From contig JAGSHN010000025.1 of assembly GCA_029855935.1 (NCBI GenBank), positions 1 through 64,000 on the forward strand: a stretch of DNA of 64,000 nucleotides, given 5' to 3'. This DNA comes from Candidatus Thorarchaeota archaeon (GTDB lineage Archaea; Asgardarchaeota; Thorarchaeia; Thorarchaeales; Thorarchaeaceae). Shown one piece after another: positions 1-8,799 of the stretch. The notes beneath the pieces are model-generated. The model had not been told where the DNA came from. It saw only the letters and a list, made by a program, of their open reading frames with translations, and made no database searches. Both the position numbers and the translations under genes were made by a program. Each line of letters opens with the position of its first letter. Position 1 is the first letter of the stretch.

Positions 1-802
1 AACCAGCGCGATACAGACCGGGCTGAATCGGAATTCCCCGCCAAGAACCGGGGACACGGTCATAGGCCATACGTAGTCTGACAACAAGGCCGGAGTACGG
101 TTTCTGGCGGTTCTCATGTTCAGAGGAGGGAGCGTCATTCGAACGACACGCTTCCACATAGCGAATCTCAGGACCATAGTTCTCACACAGGGACACATCC
201 AGACCGCACGCACGCATCAGGCTGGAGAGATCATCAATGGGGGATGACAGATTGCGAGCTCCCTTGTTGCCGCGCATCATCTCCCGTTGGACCTTGCGAC
301 GAGTACGCCAGAATGCACGGCGGTCATCGTCATCCTCAGGGAGGATCTCCGCAGCTATCACCATCCGTCCGTCGGATCGTAGTACATCTCTGGCGCGGCG
401 GAGTAACACTTCCCTCTCAACAGGTGTCAGCTCGGACAGGAGAAACGTACTCACAATCACATCGAACGTTGTGCCCTCTCTTGCTAGACTCTCAAGGGTC
501 CTAATCACGTCGCCCTCTATCAGTGTGGGGAACTGCCCTTCGTTGGCTGCTCGTCTCCGAGCTGCAGTGATCATCGCACAGCTTGCATCCACGCCCACCA
601 CAGTGGCCCCTCTCTTCGCAGCCTCAATGACCAGAGTTCCCGGACCGCAACCGAGGTCCAGTACTTGCATGCCGGGCCGAACAAGCGAGAGGATTCGCTC
701 TCGAATCTCACTGACCCGTCCGCGGAGCACTTCATCAAATTCACGTTCGTAGGTCTCGGGCCTCTCTTCAAGCATGATCATATACGCCACGGCCACTGTC
801 AC
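1..802 (-). CDS. Class I SAM methyltransferase (CpaM-like) fused to the N-terminus of an HgcA/CdhD-like corrinoid domain; runs off the window edge
   Basis: Not in the ORF track because it is open at the edge. Manual translation from GTG at 802 (overlapping the arsR stop): MTVAVAYMIMLEERPETYEREF...VLDLGCGPGTL...VVGVDAS...FDVIVSTFLLSEL...GIPIQPGLYRAG>. It carries SAM motif I and ends in a PGLYxxG motif typical of the start of CdhD/HgcA-type domains. Confidence 0.75.
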   Translation of the reverse strand, partial: MTVAVAYMIMLEERPETYEREFDEVLRGRVSEIRERILSLVRPGMQVLDLGCGPGTLVIEAAKRGATVVGVDASCAMITAARRRAANEGQFPTLIEGDVIRTLESLAREGTTFDVIVSTFLLSELTPVEREVLLRRARDVLRSDGRMVIAAEILPEDDDDRRAFWRTRRKVQREMMRGNKGARNLSSPIDDLSSLMRACGLDVSLCENYGPEIRYVEACRSNDAPSSEHENRQKPYSGLVVRLRMAYDRVPGSWRGIPIQPGLYRAG

Positions 803-1173
803 TCACCACCAATTACTCCCAGAAGAGAGAGGACACGTTCGCGCATCGTCTCCGACAACGAGTAGTAGACCCATCGCCCCCTACGTTCACTCTTGAGCCA
901 ACCTGCCTGCTTCATAGCTCGAAGATGGTGGGATACAAGTGGCTGACTTGCAGCCGATAGTGCGTGCTGTATCTCACACACGCATGCCGATCTGAGACGA
1001 AGCAGCAGAAAGACGATACCAACCCGGATGGGTGCCGTGAAGATCTCAAAGAGGTCGACATCCTCGCGAAATTTCTTCATCACCTCGATACGCTCCGAGT
1101 CAGTGGCACAACACGGGCGAGTGTTGGGGACGGTGAGACAGCCGCGAAACGCGGCCCTCGTTCTCTTGACCAT
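799..1173 (-). CDS. arsR: ArsR/SmtB family metalloregulator
   Basis: ACVCEI (alpha3 CxC site), SQPLVSHHLRAMKQAG, ERRGRWVYYSL; extra N-terminal CC pair. Confidence 0.9.
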   Translation of the reverse strand: MVKRTRAAFRGCLTVPNTRPCCATDSERIEVMKKFREDVDLFEIFTAPIRVGIVFLLLRLRSACVCEIQHALSAASQPLVSHHLRAMKQAGWLKSERRGRWVYYSLSETMRERVLSLLGVIGGE

Positions 1174-1181
1174 ACGCCTTG

Positions 1182-1213
1182 TATAAACGGGGTTTATATA
1201 AATCTGGTGTATA
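1182..1213. promoter_or_regulatory. Candidate ArsR operator/promoter (tandem inverted repeats)
   Basis: Perfect TATAAAC-GGG-GTTTATA (1182-1198) and overlapping imperfect TATAAAT-CTG-GTGTATA (1197-1213), starting 8 bp upstream of the arsR ATG. Confidence 0.6.
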
Positions 1214-1534
1214 TGTAGCCGCCCGTGGAGCTGTGATCCGTGTTGTCCAGACGGGCGTCGTGGGTTGCCAGACTTGACAGTCTGGATATATCCGTGCGGA
1301 GATATGCGTAGGGCCCTGAAGAGATGTATCGGTGGAGATGCAAATGGACACGCGCTGCCGGAGTCCTGACTGCGAGATGATAGTCCTCCCGGAGATATCG
1401 GAGAGAGGCCCAGACATCGAGGAGATCTCGGCTAGGCGCTACGTGAAACGTGCAGCGACCATCACCGCGGGGGAGCCGTCCTGTCACGGAGAGGCCTCAG
1501 CTGTGTCTCAAACAGCCTAGCGGAGGGACGACCA

Positions 1535-2263
1535 GTGGTGAGAGATCTGTTGTATCTGATCGTCCTCGCAGCCGACGTAATCCTTCTCGCAGGCCTGGCG
1601 GTCAGCATCCTAGTACCGGAGCACCGTGTCTGGCCACCTCCCAAGAGGGAGTCTTGGCAGTACTGGACATCTCGGAACTTCATCACCATAGCCTCTGTCG
1701 GTGTTCCCGTACCGGGCATTCTCGACTGGAACTCGATGTGGATCTCTCACTGGGTCAGAATTCCCATCGCGATTGGTGTGATGATAGTCGCCAGTGCCAT
1801 CATCTACAAGGGCATCAAGACATTGAGCTATCACCAGAGCCTCGGACTAGAGGGCGAGCTTGTTGAGAGCGGGCCCTACCGATACTCAAGGAATCCCCAA
1901 TATGTCGGCCTGATACTGCCCTACGCCGCGAGCATATTGCTCACGAACTCGTACCTTGCTCTCATAGCCGGGGGCCTGCTCATCATTGTCTACGCTGTGA
2001 CCCCCCTCAGTGAGGAGCCGTGGCTGCCCGAGCGATACGGAGAGGCCTATGAGAGATACCGGCAACGTGTTACTCGGTATGTGGGGCGACCAAGAAACAA
2101 TGACAGTGAGCAGTACCACCGTGATGAGTCTGGAGATACTCGCACTGCAACGGATAGGCCTAACAGTGAGCGATGCCCTCCAATATCGTGGTATCATCAA
2201 CCTCGGCCGGCAGCAAAATGTCAATATTGTTGCTATCTGCATAGTTCAAGAAAACACTCGTGA
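1535..2263 (+). CDS. Isoprenylcysteine carboxyl methyltransferase/PEMT family membrane methyltransferase
   Basis: Multiple TM segments; LVESGPYRYSRNPQYVG...EEPWL...YGEAYERYRQRV motifs. The 3' tail runs into the AT-rich island and overlaps the radical SAM gene. Confidence 0.85.
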   Translation: MVRDLLYLIVLAADVILLAGLAVSILVPEHRVWPPPKRESWQYWTSRNFITIASVGVPVPGILDWNSMWISHWVRIPIAIGVMIVASAIIYKGIKTLSYHQSLGLEGELVESGPYRYSRNPQYVGLILPYAASILLTNSYLALIAGGLLIIVYAVTPLSEEPWLPERYGEAYERYRQRVTRYVGRPRNNDSEQYHRDESGDTRTATDRPNSERCPPISWYHQPRPAAKCQYCCYLHSSRKHS

Positions 2264-3617
2264 TAATTGATGATTCTACTCTACTGTACGGGTCGACCAA
2301 GAAATCGTGATCCAGATTTCTCTGAACAGAATTTCTTGTGATTGGACAACCGAACGCCACGAATGGTAGAAAAGCCCTTGAGGACAACTTTGATAGTAGC
2401 TTTGAACCACTTTCAATTATCTCGTCAAGCGAGCTGAGGATACTTCCAAGACAGTATTCTTTGCTGCCAACAGATTCTGGGCATGAATAGATAGCCCCAT
2501 CGATTGAGATATGAAACATAACCACCCCTGCCAAACAACCGAAACTGTTTCTACAGACACTAGATGAGAAACCCGTTCTGCATAGCTGTAGAATGCTATC
2601 AATGGGCTCAATGCCAACTCTGCTATGGTATTGTGTTTTCAGTTCTGCCAAGGTCGAAATCGATTTTGCCCATGATTTCGCTGGCAGAAGTGTTCTAAAC
2701 CTATCTGTGGGGACTACTGGGACAAACGAAAACTTCTGAAGAGAATACTCCGAGACAAAATAATCAACCATTTCAGGTATTGTTTCAACATTAGCGGGAG
2801 TCACGACACATTGAACACTTATCTCTTCAGGTGCATAGAATCTAAGTAGATTATCAATGTTCTCAATTGCTCTTTTCGATGTTTCACCTCTCTGCTCTTG
2901 CTGGATTGCTCCGATACCATCAATACTGAGACCTAGCCGAATATCATGATCATATAGCAGTCTAACAGTCTTTGAGTCCAGCAAGGTCCCATTTGTTTGA
3001 ATTGACATTGTGAAATTGCTAGATCCAACAGCCGTTTCGATCGTCCTAAAGAGGGCAATCACTCGATTCAAACATAGAAGTGGTTCACCTCCATATGCTT
3101 GAATATGTAGTTGTTCATTAGGCCACTTGTTGTGGATCTTGGTTAGAAATTCTCCAATTGAGTCAATGGTACTATACTGTAGAACCCCCCTTTCGAAGCC
3201 CATATCTTGCAAGTGAGTGCGGGAACAGTATCTGCAAGCTAGATTACAATTGGTCGTAATGTCAATAACAATTTGCGAAACTCGCTGAATGGGAAAAAGT
3301 GGAGATCTATCAACCGTTGTGTTTTCCGATAGTCCTTTGCGGGTAAGATAATGAAAACCATAGTTGCTTAATACTACATCATAGTTTTCGTATGACCATT
3401 TTGCGAAAACATTGTCTTCGGGTAGATCAACTACGAGGTCTGAAAGCTTCGAATCCATTTTGAGGACTGAAACTATTGATTCAATATCAGCAGTTGGCAA
3501 GTTCTTCAGGCTTATGATTCTGTCTTTTACTAGATCGTAGATTCTCACACCAGATTTCGAAGAGAAAGTATATCTCAAGTCCGGACGTAGTATTGTCTTC
3601 AAGATATTCCCAACCAA
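2160..3617 (-). CDS. Radical SAM/SPASM-type peptide maturase, HxsB-like
   Basis: CNLACRYC, YGGEPLL, QTNGTLL, LSIDG; C-terminal CRNSFGCLAG...DGAIYSC auxiliary cluster region; ~110-aa N-terminal extension. Confidence 0.8.
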   Translation of the reverse strand: MVGNILKTILRPDLRYTFSSKSGVRIYDLVKDRIISLKNLPTADIESIVSVLKMDSKLSDLVVDLPEDNVFAKWSYENYDVVLSNYGFHYLTRKGLSENTTVDRSPLFPIQRVSQIVIDITTNCNLACRYCSRTHLQDMGFERGVLQYSTIDSIGEFLTKIHNKWPNEQLHIQAYGGEPLLCLNRVIALFRTIETAVGSSNFTMSIQTNGTLLDSKTVRLLYDHDIRLGLSIDGIGAIQQEQRGETSKRAIENIDNLLRFYAPEEISVQCVVTPANVETIPEMVDYFVSEYSLQKFSFVPVVPTDRFRTLLPAKSWAKSISTLAELKTQYHSRVGIEPIDSILQLCRTGFSSSVCRNSFGCLAGVVMFHISIDGAIYSCPESVGSKEYCLGSILSSLDEIIESGSKLLSKLSSRAFLPFVAFGCPITRNSVQRNLDHDFLVDPYSRVESSIITSVFLNYADSNNIDILLPAEVDDTTILEGIAHC

Positions 3618-3618
3618 A

Positions 3619-4596
3619 CTAGGCCTTTATAGCTGAGATCTCAGATGTCCCGAAAACTTGTGCATAGCTGTTCCACATCCTCGGACAAGTATTCTGAACA
3701 ACGCACGAAGCACAAGCATCAGTATGTATGACCGAATCAAATTGGGAAAGAAAATCAACTCCCGTAGGTGTAATCAGAAGAGTATTCCCATCTGTAATCT
3801 CCTGCGCTGCCAGATATTTCCAATAGAAAGGATCGACTAAGCAAAGTGGAATCGTATTTATGGAAACAGGTAGCCCATATGACTCGCATCTGTCAATTGC
3901 TTGTTCAACCTTGGGAAGTGCATCGGTATACTTTATTCCAATCGTGTCCATGTATGAAAGGGCTCTTCCTGAATAGTCCACTCCGTAGAATCCAACAGAA
4001 ACACCGGGACAGCCAAATTCAGAGTGCACAAACTCAACAGAATCAAGTAGACCTTCAACTGTAGGCCTCATTAGTAGAAACTTCAAATGTACATTGAAAC
4101 CTCTTTCTAGCAACAATCTTATTCCCCTGATTCTTGACTGCCAACTGTTTGGCCTCATTGCGATTCCATTATGGACCTGTGAATGATGTGAGTAAAGGGT
4201 CACGAAGAAAACCGGAGATGCCGATGCCATTTTGAAAATCGTTTGAAGACGTTCAACTGTTGAGGAAGTCATAGTCTGGCTCGTCGTTGCAAACGTTATC
4301 GGTCTGAAACCCATTTGGAGAATATTCTGAATCAAGTGGTCAATGTCCGACCACAAGAAGGGCTCGCCACCGCTTATTTCAATTGGGATTTTCTGCGGTT
4401 CAAGTTTCATTTTGGAGACAAAATATGTTAGCCTATCTACAACACGTTCGATACTTGTGGAATCAGAATGATTTGACAATGGACAATTCAAGCACCTATT
4501 GATACAGTGAAAAGTCGGAGCAATATAGACATTCGAAACATCACTGTTTTGAACTGTCCAATTCACATGTGAGGTCCTCCGGAAAGATACTATCAA
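3619..4596 (-). CDS. Radical SAM protein, HxsC-like
   Basis: CINRCLNC, ISGGEPFL, TLYSHHSQVHN, VSINTIPLCLV...YW and C-terminal CASCVVQNTC, a pattern matching HxsC-type maturases. Confidence 0.8.
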   Translation of the reverse strand: MIVSFRRTSHVNWTVQNSDVSNVYIAPTFHCINRCLNCPLSNHSDSTSIERVVDRLTYFVSKMKLEPQKIPIEISGGEPFLWSDIDHLIQNILQMGFRPITFATTSQTMTSSTVERLQTIFKMASASPVFFVTLYSHHSQVHNGIAMRPNSWQSRIRGIRLLLERGFNVHLKFLLMRPTVEGLLDSVEFVHSEFGCPGVSVGFYGVDYSGRALSYMDTIGIKYTDALPKVEQAIDRCESYGLPVSINTIPLCLVDPFYWKYLAAQEITDGNTLLITPTGVDFLSQFDSVIHTDACASCVVQNTCPRMWNSYAQVFGTSEISAIKA

Positions 4597-4605
4597 TTCA
4601 TCTTG

Positions 4606-4746
4606 CTAGTTTGGTCCTCTACTCCAGCGACTCCATCTGTTCCAGCCAGTATGACCAAAAGCCTCTTTTCCAATTCTTGCTAGTTCGGTTATCTCTATTT
4701 CAATATCGGATCCAATTCTCTTGCTATACACCCTTATTTTGGCCAT
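4606..4746 (-). CDS. Putative RiPP precursor peptide (46 aa) with HTG-WNR-WSR-WSR core
   Basis: Manual translation MAKIRVYSKRIGSDIEIEITELARIGKEAFGHTGWNRWSRWSRGPN*. GGGTGG SD-like motif upstream; stop lies 9 bp before the first radical SAM gene. Below the ORF-track length cutoff. Confidence 0.75.
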   Translation of the reverse strand: MAKIRVYSKRIGSDIEIEITELARIGKEAFGHTGWNRWSRWSRGPN

Positions 4747-4791
4747 CCAACCACCCACAAGCAGGTCCTAACCCGCATCATTCTCCTCCGC

Positions 4792-4807
4792 AGATAAAAA
4801 TCTTTTC
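4792..4807 (-). promoter_or_regulatory. Candidate BRE/TATA promoter of the precursor-radical SAM operon
   Basis: Minus-strand GAAAAGA-TTTTTATCT about 50 nt upstream of the precursor ATG. Confidence 0.35.
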
Positions 4808-5044
4808 AGGATTCCCGTTCAGTAGAAGAGCCATACGCTAGATATGCACTTCACTGTCTTGTGGCCTCTCCAATGCGTATATCGAATTTGATTGCGACCA
4901 AACCCAATCAGACAGTTTTCCAGTGTGGCTTTGAATCTGACAAGAACTCAACTCAATCTACTTCTACTCGTATTCTATCCTTCTGGGGAGTTCAAATTGT
5001 CCTGAATCGTCGAACTAGATTGCCAAATCCATGCAGCAACTTAC

Positions 5045-5290
5045 TCATGTTCGGTAATCAGTAATCCAGCCTAGTTCTGCTTGATAACTCGTACAAGCGT
5101 CGTTGGTTGGGCAATTATTGCAACTTGGATTTGAGTCGTTCTTGTAGTACTTCAAACCCATGTACGCAAGTCCATCATCATGAGATTGCCCCATGGTACA
5201 GGGTACGTCCAAGAATACCTCCGCTTGCTCCTTGATCTCAATCTCCACAATTGTGGGTCGAATGGAGGCAGTACAACACGTTGTATGCTT
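5045..5290 (-). pseudogene. Probable remnant of an HhH-GPD/endonuclease III-like Fe-S protein (C-terminal part)
   Basis: DDGLAYMGLKYYKNDSNPSCNNCPTNDAC resembles the FCL motif C-x6/7-C-x2-C-P-x4-C with the first Cys replaced by Tyr. An LPPFDPQ segment lies upstream in a different frame; no ATG start. Confidence 0.45.
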
Positions 5291-5360
5291 ATTACCTCGA
5301 CTATGTCAAATATACTCAATATATTTGTTATAGAAAACAGGAGGGTCGATTCTGATAGAG

Positions 5361-5603
5361 ATGACGACGATTGCAATCAAAGAGAGCACCCGAAGAGAAC
5401 TCATTCGAATCGCAGGAGAGATTCAGAGAAGAACAAGAGAACGCGTTGACTTCGATACGGTCATCCGCTTTCTGATAGAGGCATATGAAAAGGACAAGAT
5501 CAACCTCAATGCGTGGCAACGTTTTCTTGAGCCCATCCCCGGCGCAGACTTTGAGTCCCTGTATCTTGAGTTGATGGCGGAGCGTCGTTCTGATGAGCGG
5601 TGA
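5361..5603 (+). CDS. VapB-like antitoxin (ribbon-helix-helix type)
   Basis: MTTIAIKESTRRELIRI...DFDTVIRFLI; overlaps the downstream PIN gene. Confidence 0.75.
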   Translation: MTTIAIKESTRRELIRIAGEIQRRTRERVDFDTVIRFLIEAYEKDKINLNAWQRFLEPIPGADFESLYLELMAERRSDER

Positions 5604-6021
5604 GAAAAGAAAAGTGACAGTATTGGATGCTGGAGTATTGCTGGCCCTTGCTCTGGGTGAGCCTGCTGCAAAGGGACTGGGAGCGGAGATCGGAAAAGGT
5701 GAGAAGCTCTTTGCGTGTACCGAACTGGGGTTGTGCGAGCTTTTGTATGTCCTCTGTAGAAGAATCGGGTGGAGAAAGGCAAAGAGGAAGTTACATCTGC
5801 TGATCAAATCATCGACAGTACGATTCATTCCTACGAGTGCTCTTTGGTTGGAATCGGCAAGGATCAAGTGCAAGGTGCCAATTGCACTGCCCGATTGTCT
5901 TATCATTGCCGCAGCCAGAGTAACTAGAGGGATTGCACTCTTTGCTCGAAGAGAGAAAGAGATTGCAAATGCAGTAGAGAGAGGGCAGCTCAAAGAGAAC
6001 ATAGCGTTTCTAGATCTCTGA
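5593..6021 (+). CDS. vapC: PIN-domain toxin, VapC-like
   Basis: VLDAGVLLA...LCELLY...IALPDCLIIAAA PIN acidic motifs. Confidence 0.85.
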   Translation: MSGEKRKVTVLDAGVLLALALGEPAAKGLGAEIGKGEKLFACTELGLCELLYVLCRRIGWRKAKRKLHLLIKSSTVRFIPTSALWLESARIKCKVPIALPDCLIIAAARVTRGIALFARREKEIANAVERGQLKENIAFLDL

Positions 6022-6376
6022 GGACACACTGAGTCCCAATCTCAAGACACACGCCCTCTCGATGCCAGCCTCTCCATTGGGGCGTACTGTCTGAGCATCC
6101 TCTCTCGCCATCTCTGAGCCTTCGAACCGAAATATCACGCATGAGGAATACCTGCGGCAATTGCCAAGACTGTGTCCGCGCGCATACGATGAGGGCAACC
6201 ATCGCGCAATCCACAATGGACAGGGGAGAATGTTGGCAATATCCCATACTAATTGAACCTGCAGCGCCTTTGGCCACCGGATATTGACGCCCACAGGAGA
6301 TGAAACTCCCCCAGGGGTCGCCTGCACTTCGTGTGGCACGGGTAAGGCCCTCCCGTGATTTGCAAGGGCTCCTAGG

Positions 6377-8734
6377 CTACGCACCTCGGCGCTTTCTGAG
6401 TACGAGCACCACCACAAGAACCGCTGCCACAGCTCCGATGGCAGTAGGCAACAGAATGCCTCCGCCACCAGTGGGCGAGACGGCAGTCGTGGTGATCTCG
6501 CTGACCGTTGATGTTGTCGTGGTGGTAGTTGACGTTGAGGTGCTGGTGGTTGAAGTGGAGGTGGTGGTCGTGGTCGTAGTATCATTGCCGGGGAGTGGGG
6601 GCAGATCCTCAGGACGAGGGATGTGAGGGAATATGTCGAGAGCGAATGACGGAGAGGGTCTCTCCTGTGAGATGTAGAGGATGCGGGTCCCGTTCGCCAC
6701 AACACTGACGGGGACACGCAGGGTTCCGTTGACTGCGAGGTGACTCCCCAGAGAGCTGTTTGAGTCTAGGCTGTGGACCCAGTACGTCCCATCTGGTAGT
6801 CCGAATCTCGCGATGTCGACGGTGTAGTTGAAGGTCCGAGTCTCGTTATTGAAATTGCAGATGCCAGCGGCAAGAAGGCCATCGTCCACCAGGCCCTGTG
6901 TGACGAGAACGTTCTCCGTATCGTTCGAACTGATGGAGTTGGTGATGTTGAGAAAACGAGCAAACGACCGCACCACTCTGCGGTAGAGAGCCCTCATCTC
7001 GGGCTCGTTATCATAGTCGTAGGTCTCCGCAGTGACATTTGGCTTCGTGCTAAAGTGATTCGGCCCACAGTACAACATCCAGCCACTGCCCGGACGAGAG
7101 CTGTTGTGATAAAGAACAAGTGGTACTCCGTCTGCGGCATGCGCCGGCCCGTAGTCATACAGTGTCGCATTCGCAATGATGTGATGGTCAGCTGTCAGGC
7201 CCTCGGTGCTGAGGCAGTAGGCCTCCGCAAATGACGCATTGTAGGATCGGTCGAGACGGAGGAGATTACCAGGCGAGATGTTGAGGTACATAGCGCCATC
7301 ATAGGTGAGCTCTGTCAGGTTCTTCTCAATGTCATATCGGGCACGGTTGACGTTTGGAGTCTCCTCGTTGCGGATGCCGCCCAGAAAGATGACATTACCA
7401 CCATTGGCAACAAAGTCGTTGATCTTCTCGACCGTCTCGTTGAGATGCCATCTGTCGGTCATCAGAATGATGCTGTACTTCGACAGATTCAGGTCGCTGT
7501 ACGCAAAGCACCTCTGATTGACGAGGTCGTACTCGGTGAAGAGTCGGAGATGATCGACGTGGAGCATAGGCTCCCCCGTCTGGTAGCCATTCCCGACGAC
7601 GAGAACCTCTGGTTGGGAGTTCAGCTGTGGTAGCCACCTGAGTTGGCCCGCAAGGTTGTCGATGTATGTGAACAGCCTCCGTCCCATTAGGTCCGTCCGG
7701 TCGTGACCCCAGCGCCAGTCGTAGCTGTCATTGTTCTGCGGCGCCCAGTCAAAGAAACCAAGGCCGGCGATTCCTGAGACGTAAGACAGCCACGTCTCGC
7801 GTCGGATCTGCTCATAACTCCCAATCTTGTAGTAGAGGCCATCTCCAGCCTCGTTGAGAAAGTCCCAGATGGTCCCCCAGATTGTCATCAGAAAGGGCCT
7901 GTCCGGACATGACGCTCTGTACCTTCGGATGGTCTCGTAGAGGAGCCAGGGATTGTCAAACGCGTAGTAGCAATCGGCCGACAACATATCCGACTTTGCT
8001 TCATATGGTGGGGCAATGTCGTCGACCATTCCCCAGACTGGCGGCATAAAGAGCGACTGGATGACCTTTGCCTGAGGGGCGAGCGACCTCACGTAGTCGT
8101 AGAGGAAATTGTACACCCAGATCGTCTTGTTCGCATACCACTCCGCCGCAGTCCAGCGTTCTGTGGCGTTCATCTGCAGCAGCGGCTTCAGCTCGAAGCC
8201 AGTCTCTGCTCGGTAGGTATCGGCGTATTTTGCAACGTCGGGCGAGAGTTCGCTCTCGATATTGGCATAGCGCGTCCAGGCAGGTTCCTCATCGCCGAGA
8301 AGGATACCCCAGACGAGGGACAGGTTGAGGAGTCTCTCGGGGGGCGATGCGCCGGGCTCTTCGAAGCTTGGCACTGGTCCGATGCCTAGTCCGAAGTCAA
8401 CAGCCTCAATGGTCCAGTTCCTGATGGTCTCGTTGTACACTATGTCGACGGGATTTGTTATCCACTTGGACCACCAGTTCGTTGCCTGAATGATCTTCAC
8501 GCCCGCCTGTGCCATCGCCTCCACGTAGTCAACATCCTCCGGGGCCATCTGACCTGACCGCCCCCATATGGAGAAGTTCCCGAAGAACAGAGACTCACGA
8601 TAGTGCAATCCGCCGTGAATCGTCTCGATTGCAGCCGCCTCTTGCAATGGGGCGCAGGGAATGACTATCACAAGAATGACGAGGCAGCAGGCCACTCTCT
8701 GCCTCATTCGTGCAGGTTCGTGACTGGGACACAT
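6377..8734 (-). CDS. Secreted, membrane-anchored glycoside hydrolase-like protein (clan GH-A/GH42-like architecture)
   Basis: Signal peptide; ILLGDEEP and SADCY motifs; GATase-like middle domain; Thr-rich linker; C-terminal TM plus RKRR. Confidence 0.6.
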   Translation of the reverse strand: MCPSHEPARMRQRVACCLVILVIVIPCAPLQEAAAIETIHGGLHYRESLFFGNFSIWGRSGQMAPEDVDYVEAMAQAGVKIIQATNWWSKWITNPVDIVYNETIRNWTIEAVDFGLGIGPVPSFEEPGASPPERLLNLSLVWGILLGDEEPAWTRYANIESELSPDVAKYADTYRAETGFELKPLLQMNATERWTAAEWYANKTIWVYNFLYDYVRSLAPQAKVIQSLFMPPVWGMVDDIAPPYEAKSDMLSADCYYAFDNPWLLYETIRRYRASCPDRPFLMTIWGTIWDFLNEAGDGLYYKIGSYEQIRRETWLSYVSGIAGLGFFDWAPQNNDSYDWRWGHDRTDLMGRRLFTYIDNLAGQLRWLPQLNSQPEVLVVGNGYQTGEPMLHVDHLRLFTEYDLVNQRCFAYSDLNLSKYSIILMTDRWHLNETVEKINDFVANGGNVIFLGGIRNEETPNVNRARYDIEKNLTELTYDGAMYLNISPGNLLRLDRSYNASFAEAYCLSTEGLTADHHIIANATLYDYGPAHAADGVPLVLYHNSSRPGSGWMLYCGPNHFSTKPNVTAETYDYDNEPEMRALYRRVVRSFARFLNITNSISSNDTENVLVTQGLVDDGLLAAGICNFNNETRTFNYTVDIARFGLPDGTYWVHSLDSNSSLGSHLAVNGTLRVPVSVVANGTRILYISQERPSPSFALDIFPHIPRPEDLPPLPGNDTTTTTTTSTSTTSTSTSTTTTTTSTVSEITTTAVSPTGGGGILLPTAIGAVAAVLVVVLVLRKRRGA

Positions 8735-8799
8735 CCGGTGCAGTCCTCTACGAGATGGGGTGGACAGACTGGTATTCGACCGGATTCTTAAGTATGTTA

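Noticed and set aside
1-802. Calling the edge ORF hgcA (mercury methylation)
   Set aside because: The diagnostic cap-helix motif, TM domain and hgcB are outside the window; only PGLYRAG is visible.
4735-4782. Minus-strand 15-aa ORF MMRVRTCLWVVGWPK with a GGAGGAG SD
   Set aside because: Very short, overlaps the better-supported precursor start in another frame, and has no recognisable core.
5045-5248. 67-aa Cys-rich ORF as a second (sacti/ranthipeptide) precursor; it shares EIEIxE with the 46-aa leader
   Set aside because: Its Cys spacing (PxCxxCPx4C) and context fit an endonuclease III-type Fe-S loop fragment better, and it is separated from the operon by ~300 bp containing a promoter-like motif. 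Not fully excluded.
6490-6580. GTG/GTC-rich trinucleotide tract as a repeat element
   Set aside because: It is the Thr-rich linker of the minus-strand secreted protein.
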